A program made the translations under genes and the position numbers. From positions 1-51,869 of the IMG/VR virus record IMGVR_UViG_3300020577_002236: 51,869 bases of DNA; one strand, written 5' to 3'. Origin of the DNA: a virus. The notes under the pieces are model-generated. The model ran no database searches, had not been told where the DNA came from, and worked only from the letters and a program-made list of their open reading frames with translations. This document shows, piece after piece, positions 1 through 8,984 of the stretch (its first letter is position 1; the number at the start of each line of letters is the position of its first letter).

Positions 1-77
1 AAACCAGTCCGCCAACAACGGCAGCAGATTTCACCACAGCGATGACATGGGTTGTTCATCAAACGCAGATGACGGAG
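1..77. repeat. Terminal direct repeat, copy 1 (identical to 51793-51869)
   Basis: Read directly: aaaccagtccgccaacaacggcagc...aaacgcagatgacggag occurs at both ends. A 77-nt exact overlap is typical of a circular contig closed by a k-mer assembler, or of a short terminal redundancy. Confidence 0.95.
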
Positions 78-85
78 GATGGTTT

Positions 86-2845
86 TCATGGAGCGATTTT
101 GTTGGTCGCAGTCCATGTGTTTCCAACGGACGTGAGTAAATAAATCACTCCATTCGAGTTTCCAAAATAGCAAGCTCCGGATGTCTGTGGCGCAGTTGGC
201 CAAGTTGAAAGCGCGTTTGAACTAATCTGAAATCCTCCGCTGGCGTGAATCGACGCCAAGACATTTCCGGATGAGTTTACAACCTCAAAAGCGTTTGTGC
301 TTTGCCCAGATGCCGACTGAATCCTGATAACAGGTGTGGCAGTCTGAGTTCCAACCACCAACAGAGATGGGTCGGTTGCGCCGCCATTGACAAATGATTC
401 CGGTGTTGAAGATTGTCGATTACCGCGAATCGTGATTCCCCAATACGCCCCAATGTTAAATCGTGAGCCTGCCGAAGCCTGCAAATACTCAGTTAATGAA
501 GCATGCAACCGCGTTGCGCTGCCAACATAGTTGGGCGTTGCACCCATCAGCAACGGACTAGATGTTGTTGATGTCGAGTTTGTAACGAGCATTGAATTTA
601 AGATGGTCGGGCTTGTGATTGTCGGGGTGTTGCTCAACACCACCATGCCGCTTCCGGTTGTTGGGATGTTTGTTCCGATGCCGCTTGCATCAAACCCCAG
701 CACCCGGCTAGCCGTCCCGACAATGTTGGTCGCTTGGATGTTGGTGTAGCTGCTGCCATCGCTGAATGAGCTATCCCAAAACGTGTTGGTCCACGTCATG
801 TTCCGCAGGCGATTGCCAGTGAGCCATGTGTTCCCAGCAACCGCGCCACTGCCTCCGATGTAATTCAGAAGTTCAAATCTGTTGTCGGCGAACTCGTTCC
901 CGTAGCACACCCCGCTGAATGTCAGTTTGCCAAATTTATTCCCAGCAATCGTGTTGGAGTTGGCGGAAGTGAGGAAAATGCTATGAACCGAACCCGAGTT
1001 GACCGGCATGATGTTGTCGCGGATTTCGTTGAACTGCGCACTGGTGATGCGGGTAGATGCCGTCCCCATCATAGTGTTGTTGGCGACGATACTATTCGTG
1101 CCGCCAGTGATGAGGATGTTGCGGTCCACGCTGGTATTGTTTTCAATCCGCGCAAAACTCACCGAGCTATCAATCGCAGTCGCCGACCCGCCAAGGAAAT
1201 CAGTCAGGGCGATCTTGCTGCCCCATGCAAGAGAGGCGGTCCCTCTCATTGTGATGCCGGCACTGACGCTGTTGGCTAGTTTGCACATCGACACAGTGAG
1301 TTTGGAGTCGTTGGCCCAAATCGCATCTTTTGAGTAGAAAACTCCGTTAATCACGCTGACTGTCGAGTTCGTGAAATAGATGTAGTTGCTCGAAGTGGTT
1401 GAGCCTGCGCCGTAGAACGTGCAATCACTGAATGATCCAACCGCACCCGCAATAATGATCGGGGCTTGGCCACCATTGGTGGGATAGAAATAGCAGTTAT
1501 TAAACGAGAATTGACCACCCGCAAAAACGCCGACGGAATACAAGTTCTTCGGGCCACCAATATCCACGTTGTCGCACGCGATGGAGACATTGTTTAGGAC
1601 TTGAATGGTTGGAGCAGATGCCGCCGAACTATTGTCAACGAAATCGCATCCAACAATGATTCCCTGGGCGGTGGCGCTCGTGGACGCTTTGGTTTGAAAC
1701 GCTGAGCCGATGGCGTTGGAGACGTAACAGTTGATTGCCGTGGTGTTCACGGATTCCGTATCAATAAAGTCTGCACCCGAGTTTAGCGAACGCATGTTGA
1801 TGAACTTAAACGTATGTCCGCCGTAGAACTGCGTTTGGTCGCCGCCGTTCTGTTGGCTGTCCAATGTGAAATCCATGAAAGTAGCATTATATGTCCCTTG
1901 CCAGTTAACACGCCCGCCACCGCTGGCAATGGAGTCGCCCGAGCCAAAGACGTTGCGCGAGGCTAGAGTGCCCAAATCCACAATGATCTTGCTGGCTGGG
2001 CCGACGCCTTTGACGGTCACATTCGTGCCGATGATGACCAGCATGGATTCGAGGTTTTCAGATGAGAGCGTCGGGTAGAAGCTAGAGTTGGTGATATACC
2101 AGTTCCCGGCAGGGATAAAACACACGCCGCCGCCGCCATTGTTCGTCCCCGCTTTGTCTAGGCAGATTTGGAGAGCCTTGTGCGCATTAGTCAGCGCACC
2201 ATAATCAATAATGTTAAACACACTTTGATTAGTCTGAATAGTTTGACGAATAGCTAGTTCAACCTCAACTGCTGAAACGCCACCGCCAGAGCTGCTATTC
2301 GTTCCATCGCCTGAACCAAAGTAAACAAGACGAGTCCCGTTAGGAGCATTGTCGTAGATAGAAGCAGTAGTGCCCGAAGCGTAGTAACGGAATGCAGCAT
2401 AAGCTGGCACATAACCACCTAAACTTTGCACATTGTCTTCTGTGGCAGTAGTTGTAGCAAACGCGTATTTAGAAGCATTGCCAAACTCATTCCATTCAGC
2501 AGAGCCAGGTAAGTAGCCAATCACCGCACTGTTCGTGTCTTTCACGCTGAACAACATGAGAGCAGAGCTATTCGGCAATTCAATCTGCGCTTCGACAACT
2601 AGAGGATACTGACCATTAGTATACCAAATGCGTTCAATCAACTGGACTATAGTATTGCTAACTACTCCACCACCACCATACTGTTCAATCAAAGCGATAA
2701 CAGCATTAGTGTCTACGCCGCCAGAACTTGAGTTAGTACTGCCGCCAGTAGCACTAAGCGTAGGCCCACCAAGTGTAGGTGCAGCAGAACTGCTGAACAG
2801 TCCGCCCAAACAAATTAAACTAGCGATTAGTGCTTTCTTTAACAT
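86..2845 (-). CDS. Tailspike/tail fibre with right-handed beta-helix (pectate-lyase-like) depolymerase domain
   Basis: 919-aa ORF. The segment 'NIIDYGALTNAHKALQICLDKAGTNNGGGGVCFIPAGNWYI' resembles the N-cap of pectate_lyase_3/tailspike beta-helices, followed by many N/G/S/T-rich rung-like repeats. The N-terminus MLKKALIASLICLGGLFSSSAAP looks like a signal peptide. Confidence 0.7.
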   Translation of the reverse strand: MLKKALIASLICLGGLFSSSAAPTLGGPTLSATGGSTNSSSGGVDTNAVIALIEQYGGGGVVSNTIVQLIERIWYTNGQYPLVVEAQIELPNSSALMLFSVKDTNSAVIGYLPGSAEWNEFGNASKYAFATTTATEDNVQSLGGYVPAYAAFRYYASGTTASIYDNAPNGTRLVYFGSGDGTNSSSGGGVSAVEVELAIRQTIQTNQSVFNIIDYGALTNAHKALQICLDKAGTNNGGGGVCFIPAGNWYITNSSFYPTLSSENLESMLVIIGTNVTVKGVGPASKIIVDLGTLASRNVFGSGDSIASGGGRVNWQGTYNATFMDFTLDSQQNGGDQTQFYGGHTFKFINMRSLNSGADFIDTESVNTTAINCYVSNAIGSAFQTKASTSATAQGIIVGCDFVDNSSAASAPTIQVLNNVSIACDNVDIGGPKNLYSVGVFAGGQFSFNNCYFYPTNGGQAPIIIAGAVGSFSDCTFYGAGSTTSSNYIYFTNSTVSVINGVFYSKDAIWANDSKLTVSMCKLANSVSAGITMRGTASLAWGSKIALTDFLGGSATAIDSSVSFARIENNTSVDRNILITGGTNSIVANNTMMGTASTRITSAQFNEIRDNIMPVNSGSVHSIFLTSANSNTIAGNKFGKLTFSGVCYGNEFADNRFELLNYIGGSGAVAGNTWLTGNRLRNMTWTNTFWDSSFSDGSSYTNIQATNIVGTASRVLGFDASGIGTNIPTTGSGMVVLSNTPTITSPTILNSMLVTNSTSTTSSPLLMGATPNYVGSATRLHASLTEYLQASAGSRFNIGAYWGITIRGNRQSSTPESFVNGGATDPSLLVVGTQTATPVIRIQSASGQSTNAFEVVNSSGNVLASIHASGGFQISSNALSTWPTAPQTSGACYFGNSNGVIYLLTSVGNTWTATNKIAP

Positions 2846-2858
2846 AAGATGGAGAGGG

Positions 2859-3233
2859 TTAGTTGCGGTGAGTCATGTCAGTCCGGCGAACTACAGTAGT
2901 GCTGATAGATGTGCCACCAACTGAGAAGACAGAGACACAGTGACGATGAATAGAACAGTCAAGTTGTTGACCGGGTTCCATGTAACCATGAAAGTTAGCA
3001 ACGCTGTCGCAGACAGGAGTAATGACACCATCAACACCAGTCTTCTGATACATACCCCAAGAGTAGTAAGCACGATTAGCGCCTACATTTTGAATAGTGC
3101 GTTGAGCAATCTCCCCGCGCCCATACTCATTAGGAAGAACTAGAGTAGCTGTATTTGCAGCAGCTGCCACAATGTTGGGAGCATCAATGTCAACATTGCG
3201 CTCACTATAACCAACAACACGAGAAGATAACAT
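2859..3233 (-). CDS. Hypothetical virion-module protein (124 aa)
   Basis: Intact ORF co-oriented with the capsid and tailspike genes. No recognisable motif. Confidence 0.6.
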   Translation of the reverse strand: MLSSRVVGYSERNVDIDAPNIVAAAANTATLVLPNEYGRGEIAQRTIQNVGANRAYYSWGMYQKTGVDGVITPVCDSVANFHGYMEPGQQLDCSIHRHCVSVFSVGGTSISTTVVRRTDMTHRN

Positions 3234-3270
3234 AAGAAATTAAGAGGTTGAGAAGTTTACTTAATGAGAA

Positions 3271-3313
3271 GGCAGTTGGACGAGGAACTATCACATAACT
3301 CTATCCAACTGCC
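3271..3313 (-). terminator. Hairpin between 3331..3846 and 2859..3233 (terminator or processing site candidate)
   Basis: GGCAGTTGGA (3271-80) pairs with TCCAACTGCC (3304-13) for a 10-bp stem. The minus-strand RNA continues UUCUCAUU. Confidence 0.4.
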
Positions 3314-3330
3314 CACCCAAACCCGGCGAA

Positions 3331-3846
3331 CTATTGCTGTCCAGTAATAGTCACCGTTACCGTGCCACCAACAGACTCATTGGTAGCCCAAAGACCGTTG
3401 ATGAACGTATAAGCACCATCATACACAGTGGAAGTGTTCGTAGGACTGATACCAGTAAACCGGACTGGATACAAGTTCGTAGAAGCTGCCACAGTGGTGG
3501 TAGTGTCAATGATTGCTACGTTAGTGAAACTATTGGTCACACCGAAGTAGTTAGTCCAGATAGTGACATAGTTCGTAGCGTAGGTGAAAGGAATAGTATA
3601 GGACGCATTGCTATACGTCATGCTATTCGTCGGAGTATCAAACACACGAATACGACTTGCATTCGTAGTTGTGCTGGTGATGGTGAACTGTGTAATCAGT
3701 GCTCCACCATTTACAGGTAGAGTGCTCAGCAAGTTAGTGAACCCGCTAGGCAAGATTGTTACAGTACGATTAAGCGGAGCGGCACTTACAGTAGTAATAC
3801 TGAGAGATGCGAGCAACGCAATGAGGATGTTCTTGATGTTCTTCAT
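3331..3846 (-). CDS. Signal-peptide-bearing T/N/S-rich protein (171 aa) next to the capsid gene
   Basis: N-terminus MKNIKNILIALLASLSITTVSAAP has a basic n-region, a hydrophobic core and an A-x-A-like cleavage site. The rest is Thr/Asn/Ser-rich and beta-rich. Confidence 0.6.
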   Translation of the reverse strand: MKNIKNILIALLASLSITTVSAAPLNRTVTILPSGFTNLLSTLPVNGGALITQFTITSTTTNASRIRVFDTPTNSMTYSNASYTIPFTYATNYVTIWTNYFGVTNSFTNVAIIDTTTTVAASTNLYPVRFTGISPTNTSTVYDGAYTFINGLWATNESVGGTVTVTITGQQ

Positions 3847-3883
3847 ATGTGTTTCAGTTCTTCTTTGTTTCAGTTGTGTTAGC

Positions 3884-5179
3884 TTAGTTCACAAGAATCA
3901 CCGGACGGCGACGCTCATAAACACAAGAGATGGAGAACCGACGTTCACCGGGCAGATAACCGAATGTGCACTCGGAGATGAACTTCAACTGTTTGCCATA
4001 GCTATTCAAATCAAGAGAACCATCAGGACGCTTGATGAGAACTTGGTCAGTCAACCGGACTTCACCATTCCATTTCATGCTGTAGAACTTCTCAGCAGAC
4101 ATGTTAACAGTTGCGAACTCCTTTGGAGGAGGACCAACCTTAACAGTCCGTGCTACGGAATCACCCAACAAGTGAGCAATCTCAAACGGAGCAGAAACCA
4201 ATGAAGTGTAGTAGGGATTCGGTTTACGCTTCTTGTCAGTAGCGTCGTAGATTTCAGGGTCAATCGGTTGACCAGCTGCCCACAGAACGTTACCAGCACC
4301 ATCGACGATATCAACAGTATTGAACCGGAGAGGGTACGGATTGATCTTGGTGGTAGTGGTTCCGAACAGGAGACCTTTGAAGTCATTGAACAAGAGGTCC
4401 AATTGGAGAGGCTTCAAAGTCTGAACATCCGGGTCAAACGTCCAACCAGCAAATGCCTCAGAACTGATGATGAACACATAACGGTTCTTAAGACCTTCAT
4501 TGTCCTTAGCCATGTTCTTCACATTCATGAATCCGGGAGCACCCATATCTTCTTGAAGGTTCAGAACAGCACAATAGACATCACGAAGCGTCATGTTCTG
4601 GAGAACATTAGCTTGAGTTTGTGCTACAAGCCATGCACGTGTCTTGGAGTTAGCAGCTGTACCAGCAGCATTACCCATCGCAGTAGGAGCTTGGATAAGA
4701 CCAGTCCCAGCGAAGTAGACGTTCGGAGTGAGATGCCACAAGTTCGTCTCAATGAATTGATTGTTACGAATAGCAATCTTTTCAACGATGTCCCGAGAAG
4801 CGAATTGCAGATAGTTCTTCCAGAAAGCAGTGAAGCTAGGAAGGAAGTTGAACTGGAAGGACTCAAAGTCATGAGTCTTGACGCGAGCTTCTTCTGTACT
4901 TTCGCTAACTTGATAGACGTCCTTGAGAGGAACTTCTGTCACATTGTTAGGGAAGAAGAATGGAGCACCAACAGGCGAACCTTGAGGCGTAGTCCCACGC
5001 ATCACATTACCTTCATTGGCCTGCCAATCAATATCTCCGAGAAGCTGATCGAAGATATTCTTACGTTGGAATACTGCAACCTCATTCATGACGAGGTAGA
5101 AATCCAACTGTTGGAAACGGTTTGTGTCTTCTACATCATACTGTGCGAAGACTGCTGGTTTATCATATAACGCTGGCAT
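3884..5179 (-). CDS. Putative major capsid protein
   Basis: 431-aa ORF immediately downstream of the scaffold-like gene and portal, in the canonical portal-scaffold-capsid order. It is preceded by a 215-nt intergenic region with its own -24/-12 promoter motif. The call is positional. Confidence 0.6.
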   Translation of the reverse strand: MPALYDKPAVFAQYDVEDTNRFQQLDFYLVMNEVAVFQRKNIFDQLLGDIDWQANEGNVMRGTTPQGSPVGAPFFFPNNVTEVPLKDVYQVSESTEEARVKTHDFESFQFNFLPSFTAFWKNYLQFASRDIVEKIAIRNNQFIETNLWHLTPNVYFAGTGLIQAPTAMGNAAGTAANSKTRAWLVAQTQANVLQNMTLRDVYCAVLNLQEDMGAPGFMNVKNMAKDNEGLKNRYVFIISSEAFAGWTFDPDVQTLKPLQLDLLFNDFKGLLFGTTTTKINPYPLRFNTVDIVDGAGNVLWAAGQPIDPEIYDATDKKRKPNPYYTSLVSAPFEIAHLLGDSVARTVKVGPPPKEFATVNMSAEKFYSMKWNGEVRLTDQVLIKRPDGSLDLNSYGKQLKFISECTFGYLPGERRFSISCVYERRRPVILVN

Positions 5180-5338
5180 AAAAACAGTTCTGTTGATTTG
5201 TTAAAGTTTACCGACAATCGAGAGATGCAACATGCACTTCTCACCTACATTGTCAATGCCCTTTGACTATCAGCAGCACCGTGGTCTATGCCCTTAGACA
5301 TTAGCAGCAAGTCAGACAAGAAGATTGCCTGAACAATA

Positions 5339-5382
5339 GGACTGTAGCAGAAAGTATGCCAAGCACAATTCTACTACAGTCC
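5339..5382 (-). terminator. Hairpin after the scaffold gene (terminator/attenuator candidate)
   Basis: GGACTGTAG (5339-47) pairs with CTACAGTCC (5374-82) for a 9-bp stem with a 26-nt loop. The minus-strand RNA continues UAUUGUU. Confidence 0.4.
5346..5361 (-). promoter_or_regulatory. sigma54-type -24/-12 promoter candidate upstream of the capsid gene (TGGCATACTTTCTGCT)
   Basis: Exact motif match in the 215-nt scaffold-capsid intergenic region, co-oriented. It is embedded in the 5339-5382 inverted repeat. Confidence 0.6.
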
Positions 5383-5395
5383 ACACCCAACAAAC

Positions 5396-6679
5396 TTAAT
5401 GAATCCCGAGGGCTACTCCATTGAGAGAAAACTCTTTCACACCATTAACTACTTTCCCTGGAGTCTGTCCTGCACCACCTCCACGAGTAGTTGTAGGCTC
5501 AGCTCGGACAGTGTCAGCTACTTTCTGCTGAACTACAGCATCAGTAGTTTTAGCTTCACGCAACTCTTGCTGGATGATTTGGAATGCAGCAAACAAGTCA
5601 GCAGCCACTTGAACACCAGTCTCCTTACGCATGTAGGGCGGGAACAAGTTAATGAGAGTGTTCCGCACTTGAGCAACTGTCTGTTCAGAACCATCCTCTA
5701 CAACTAGAGTACTCTCCATAATCTTAGGGTCAGCAACCCATCCAAACCTACGAGCACGTTCTGATTGGATAGCATTGGTGTCAGCTTGGATACGTTGCTT
5801 GTAGTTGTGAGCAAACATCTGCAACTCATTGCGCTTATTGTCAGCGAAGATGTTGCACTTGTTCATATACATCCGCATCTGCTCGATAGCTTGCACTGTA
5901 GGCATCTGTTCAGCACCAAGCACCGGATTACCTTTAGCATCCCACTTTTCAACAGGTCGCCACTTCTCACCATTCTGTGCCTTAATAAGCTGCTCTTGCC
6001 AATGCATTGCTTCCTTCTCAGCATAGCTGACATCTTCATTGAGCGCATTGAACTGTGGGTCAAGGACATATGCATCTGGATGTTGCAAATATGTTCCACC
6101 AGTCTGACTCGCAAGTTCTTTCCTTTCCTTAAGAATCTTGATAGTGAAATCTCTTGCTCCTGTAGACATCTGTTTCAGAGCGGAAGCCTCTTCTTGACTG
6201 TAACCAGAGTAATCAAACTCTTGTGCAGCAACCTTAGATTTCGGAACAAGAGGTCCTTTCGGGACAACTTCCTCAGTCTTGGAAACAGCTGGTTCTGCTT
6301 TAGCTGGTGCTGGTTCAACTTTAGGAGTTTTCTCCTCAACTTTAGGCTTCTCAGCAAGCAATTGATTGGCTACATCTAGCGGAGTTTCCGCCTTTGGCGG
6401 AACTGTATTTGGCTTGTCAGTCTTAATCTCTGGCATCAGTGAGCCATCTTCATCACTCAACAATGAGGGGTCTTCAATCTTAAATTGAAAGCCTTTCGAT
6501 GCCTCAGGCAGTGCTTTGGCGGGCGTCTCTACACCTACTGATTTTGGTGAGAGAGTTCTAGGTTGTGATGGTGCAACTGGTGCTACAGGAGCAGCTGATG
6601 TGCCTTGAGGAATAGTGTTTCCTCCACCACCATCACTTGGAGTTGGGTCTAGTAGCATTAATGAACGTTTCAGTAACAT
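5396..6679 (-). CDS. Putative scaffolding protein
   Basis: 427 aa. It has a low-complexity P/A/K/E-rich N-terminal half (PKVEEKTPKVEPAPAKAEPAVSKTEE) and a helical C-terminal half, and lies between portal and capsid. An alternative start is at 6658. Confidence 0.5.
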   Translation of the reverse strand: MLLKRSLMLLDPTPSDGGGGNTIPQGTSAAPVAPVAPSQPRTLSPKSVGVETPAKALPEASKGFQFKIEDPSLLSDEDGSLMPEIKTDKPNTVPPKAETPLDVANQLLAEKPKVEEKTPKVEPAPAKAEPAVSKTEEVVPKGPLVPKSKVAAQEFDYSGYSQEEASALKQMSTGARDFTIKILKERKELASQTGGTYLQHPDAYVLDPQFNALNEDVSYAEKEAMHWQEQLIKAQNGEKWRPVEKWDAKGNPVLGAEQMPTVQAIEQMRMYMNKCNIFADNKRNELQMFAHNYKQRIQADTNAIQSERARRFGWVADPKIMESTLVVEDGSEQTVAQVRNTLINLFPPYMRKETGVQVAADLFAAFQIIQQELREAKTTDAVVQQKVADTVRAEPTTTRGGGAGQTPGKVVNGVKEFSLNGVALGIH

Positions 6680-6899
6680 ATAGGTCTTTCTGTGTTAGTT
6701 TTAGTATTCGGATTTGGGCTGCATACTGACGGATTTCCGCATCCGTAGTATTCTTATCATTGGCTCTATCTGCAATGAAATCTGTGAGCTTATCAATACG
6801 CTGTTGTATGATTTGCTGTGTAGCATGTGTTACAGGGTGTTGTAACCATGCTTGGTGGTTTGAGATGTGCAAGTCTCTAGAGACAGTTTCAACATTCAT
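6633..6899 (-). CDS. Hypothetical protein (88 aa)
   Basis: ORF with a 4-nt start/stop overlap to the portal gene. Co-oriented. Confidence 0.5.
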   Translation of the reverse strand: MNVETVSRDLHISNHQAWLQHPVTHATQQIIQQRIDKLTDFIADRANDKNTTDAEIRQYAAQIRILKLTQKDLYVTETFINATRPNSK

Positions 6900-8737
6900 C
6901 CTACATCCTCCGGTTGGACAAATTCAGATAGGCGAGCTGCTGTCTGCTCAATGATAGGGAGAGCATGAATCTTACCAGTCTCAGAGAACATCTCAGGACG
7001 TTTAGAGAGTTCAATGATGTTCTTGCCAACACCTTGAGCCATCTGTAACATAGCTTGCTGCTGTTGTGCTTGTTGACTGGCTTGAGCAGCTTGTGCATCA
7101 GTGAATATCTTGATGTATTTTGGAGCACTATCAGGGAACATCTTACTAAGTAAGTCACTCAGGAATGCCATAGCAGCTGGTGTATTCTGCATCACAGGCC
7201 ATGCTTGCATCATAGCGTTGATCATCTGCTGTCTCTCAATGACATCAACATCACCACTAGGGCGAACAGAATAGTCGAGAGCATACAGTGCTTTCAATTC
7301 CTCAGAAACCATTATGAGACCCGCAGCTACCCTAGATTTGATGACTAGAAAGGCGGAAGTATACAGTTTCTTAAGTGCAGTACTGAACAAAACAACTTGA
7401 ACTGTGCTGAGAGAGGCAGCTTCCTGTGTGCTAGCATTGATTTCAGCAGCAGTCTTACGACTGTCTTTCCGGTTGTTGGCAGCGAAATTGACCTTAGATG
7501 TCTCAGACTGGTTGGATGTGACTAGTGCCTGAATAGCACCTAGCATGGATGGGTCAGGATAATTTAGCTGGAACTGTTTCAGTTTAGCATCAAGAATAGC
7601 TCCGTTTTTGAATTGAACATTCTTCTGCATCCCAATATCAGCATTAGGGTCTTCTGTTTCCCTGCTGAACAGCATCATTGATGCGCGACGCATAGCACTA
7701 CAAACAGCAGACATCATTGAGGTCACAGCAGTCTGTGTATCTTGGTCAAGATAGACTCGACCTTTCAATTTGTCGATAGTGTTGTTCTCAGAGATTAGAT
7801 ATGGGAATATCACATAGGGATACTCAGTCTCAAATACATCCTCGAAAGTAGTAGTCATCGCCGGCTGTCTAGGTGCACCAGGAGGCATAATTAAAGGATT
7901 CACTGCAATCGGAACTTGCACAGCCCGCTTTTTACCAATGAACAATGGGCGAGGTTCACGAATCCAGTCAGAGCATTTATCTTGACATGACCATGCAACT
8001 TGCACAATACCATTCACCCGGAACATCACTTTCTGAATCCTATACAGCGATCTTTCGGTGCTGCTAGTGCTGACATCCTCTGTTGAGGATGGTTCACTAT
8101 TGATCACAGTCATTACTTGTTCCCGATTGAACTTCCAAGGACTGTCAGGTTGAGACATCTCAAGGAGTTCTGTCTTAGAGAAGTAGTGATTCCTGCTGAC
8201 AAGCTCTTCTTGCTGGACATCTTTAGTGTCAACAGCTACCCCAAAATCACCAAGCTGGACTTCTTCAAAACACACATTCCCAGGTTTAGCTTCATCAAAG
8301 CAAAGTTCCACTACAGAATAGCCATTCTGCTGAAACCCATCCACTGCTGCAAACATGGGAATCTGCCAATCATTGTACCTCAGTCGGTTCGTCAAATCTT
8401 TCTCTAGAGCTGTGCAATCCATAGCAACATCATTGATGTTCTGTAGAATGCAGGCCCTATTAGATTGGGTCAGATATTGGACATAGGAAGCTTGCTCCCG
8501 ACGGATATTTGTGTCAATGATGTGCTGTGGAACAAACACTTCATCAGCACCAATCTTACCTGCTGCCCGTTCTTTCTCAATGTCAATCTCAGTGTAACGT
8601 AAGCGGCGACTGTCAACGTTCCGCTTCATGTTCGTCTCCATCACTGATACGCGCTCTTTCAGCTTATACGACCAATTGTCGTAGTCTAGACTATTGATGT
8701 AGTCTGTATCATTGTCGGGCTGTTGTGGTGCTGGCAT
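6896..8737 (-). CDS. Putative portal protein
   Basis: 613-aa ORF downstream of the large terminase and upstream of scaffold and capsid. Size and position fit a portal. Confidence 0.65.
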   Translation of the reverse strand: MPAPQQPDNDTDYINSLDYDNWSYKLKERVSVMETNMKRNVDSRRLRYTEIDIEKERAAGKIGADEVFVPQHIIDTNIRREQASYVQYLTQSNRACILQNINDVAMDCTALEKDLTNRLRYNDWQIPMFAAVDGFQQNGYSVVELCFDEAKPGNVCFEEVQLGDFGVAVDTKDVQQEELVSRNHYFSKTELLEMSQPDSPWKFNREQVMTVINSEPSSTEDVSTSSTERSLYRIQKVMFRVNGIVQVAWSCQDKCSDWIREPRPLFIGKKRAVQVPIAVNPLIMPPGAPRQPAMTTTFEDVFETEYPYVIFPYLISENNTIDKLKGRVYLDQDTQTAVTSMMSAVCSAMRRASMMLFSRETEDPNADIGMQKNVQFKNGAILDAKLKQFQLNYPDPSMLGAIQALVTSNQSETSKVNFAANNRKDSRKTAAEINASTQEAASLSTVQVVLFSTALKKLYTSAFLVIKSRVAAGLIMVSEELKALYALDYSVRPSGDVDVIERQQMINAMMQAWPVMQNTPAAMAFLSDLLSKMFPDSAPKYIKIFTDAQAAQASQQAQQQQAMLQMAQGVGKNIIELSKRPEMFSETGKIHALPIIEQTAARLSEFVQPEDVG

Positions 8738-8774
8738 AGGCTTGTATCAGTGATGGAGTTAATGAGAGAAACAA

Positions 8775-8978
8775 TTACTTAGCAGGAGTGCTGGGCGGAA
8801 GTGGGCCAGTTGGCAAAGTAGGAATCTTTGCAGCAGGCACAATGGTTTTCTTCACATCCACTCGGGTGAATTCAGTAGGTTTCCCGCCCTGGTCAGTAGG
8901 CTTGTCAAGAATTGTAATCTTGTCTTCCTTCCGATTCACAACTACTTTGCGACCATCTTTATCAGCGTATACGTTCAT
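8775..8978 (-). CDS. Hypothetical protein (67 aa)
   Basis: Small co-oriented ORF between terminase and portal. Confidence 0.45.
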   Translation of the reverse strand: MNVYADKDGRKVVVNRKEDKITILDKPTDQGGKPTEFTRVDVKKTIVPAAKIPTLPTGPLPPSTPAK

Positions 8979-8984
8979 AAGTTA

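Noticed and set aside
4268-5170. 300-aa plus-strand ORF, with similar antisense or overlapping track ORFs (e.g. 531..749, 999..1337, 5765..6379, 12696..13196, 17755..18261, 20739..21068, 23828..24193, 38313..38660, 47743..48195)
   Set aside because: They lie entirely within longer, motif-bearing or operon-consistent ORFs on the opposite strand or another frame, and their composition is shadow-like (Leu/Ser/Arg-rich). I treated them as non-coding.
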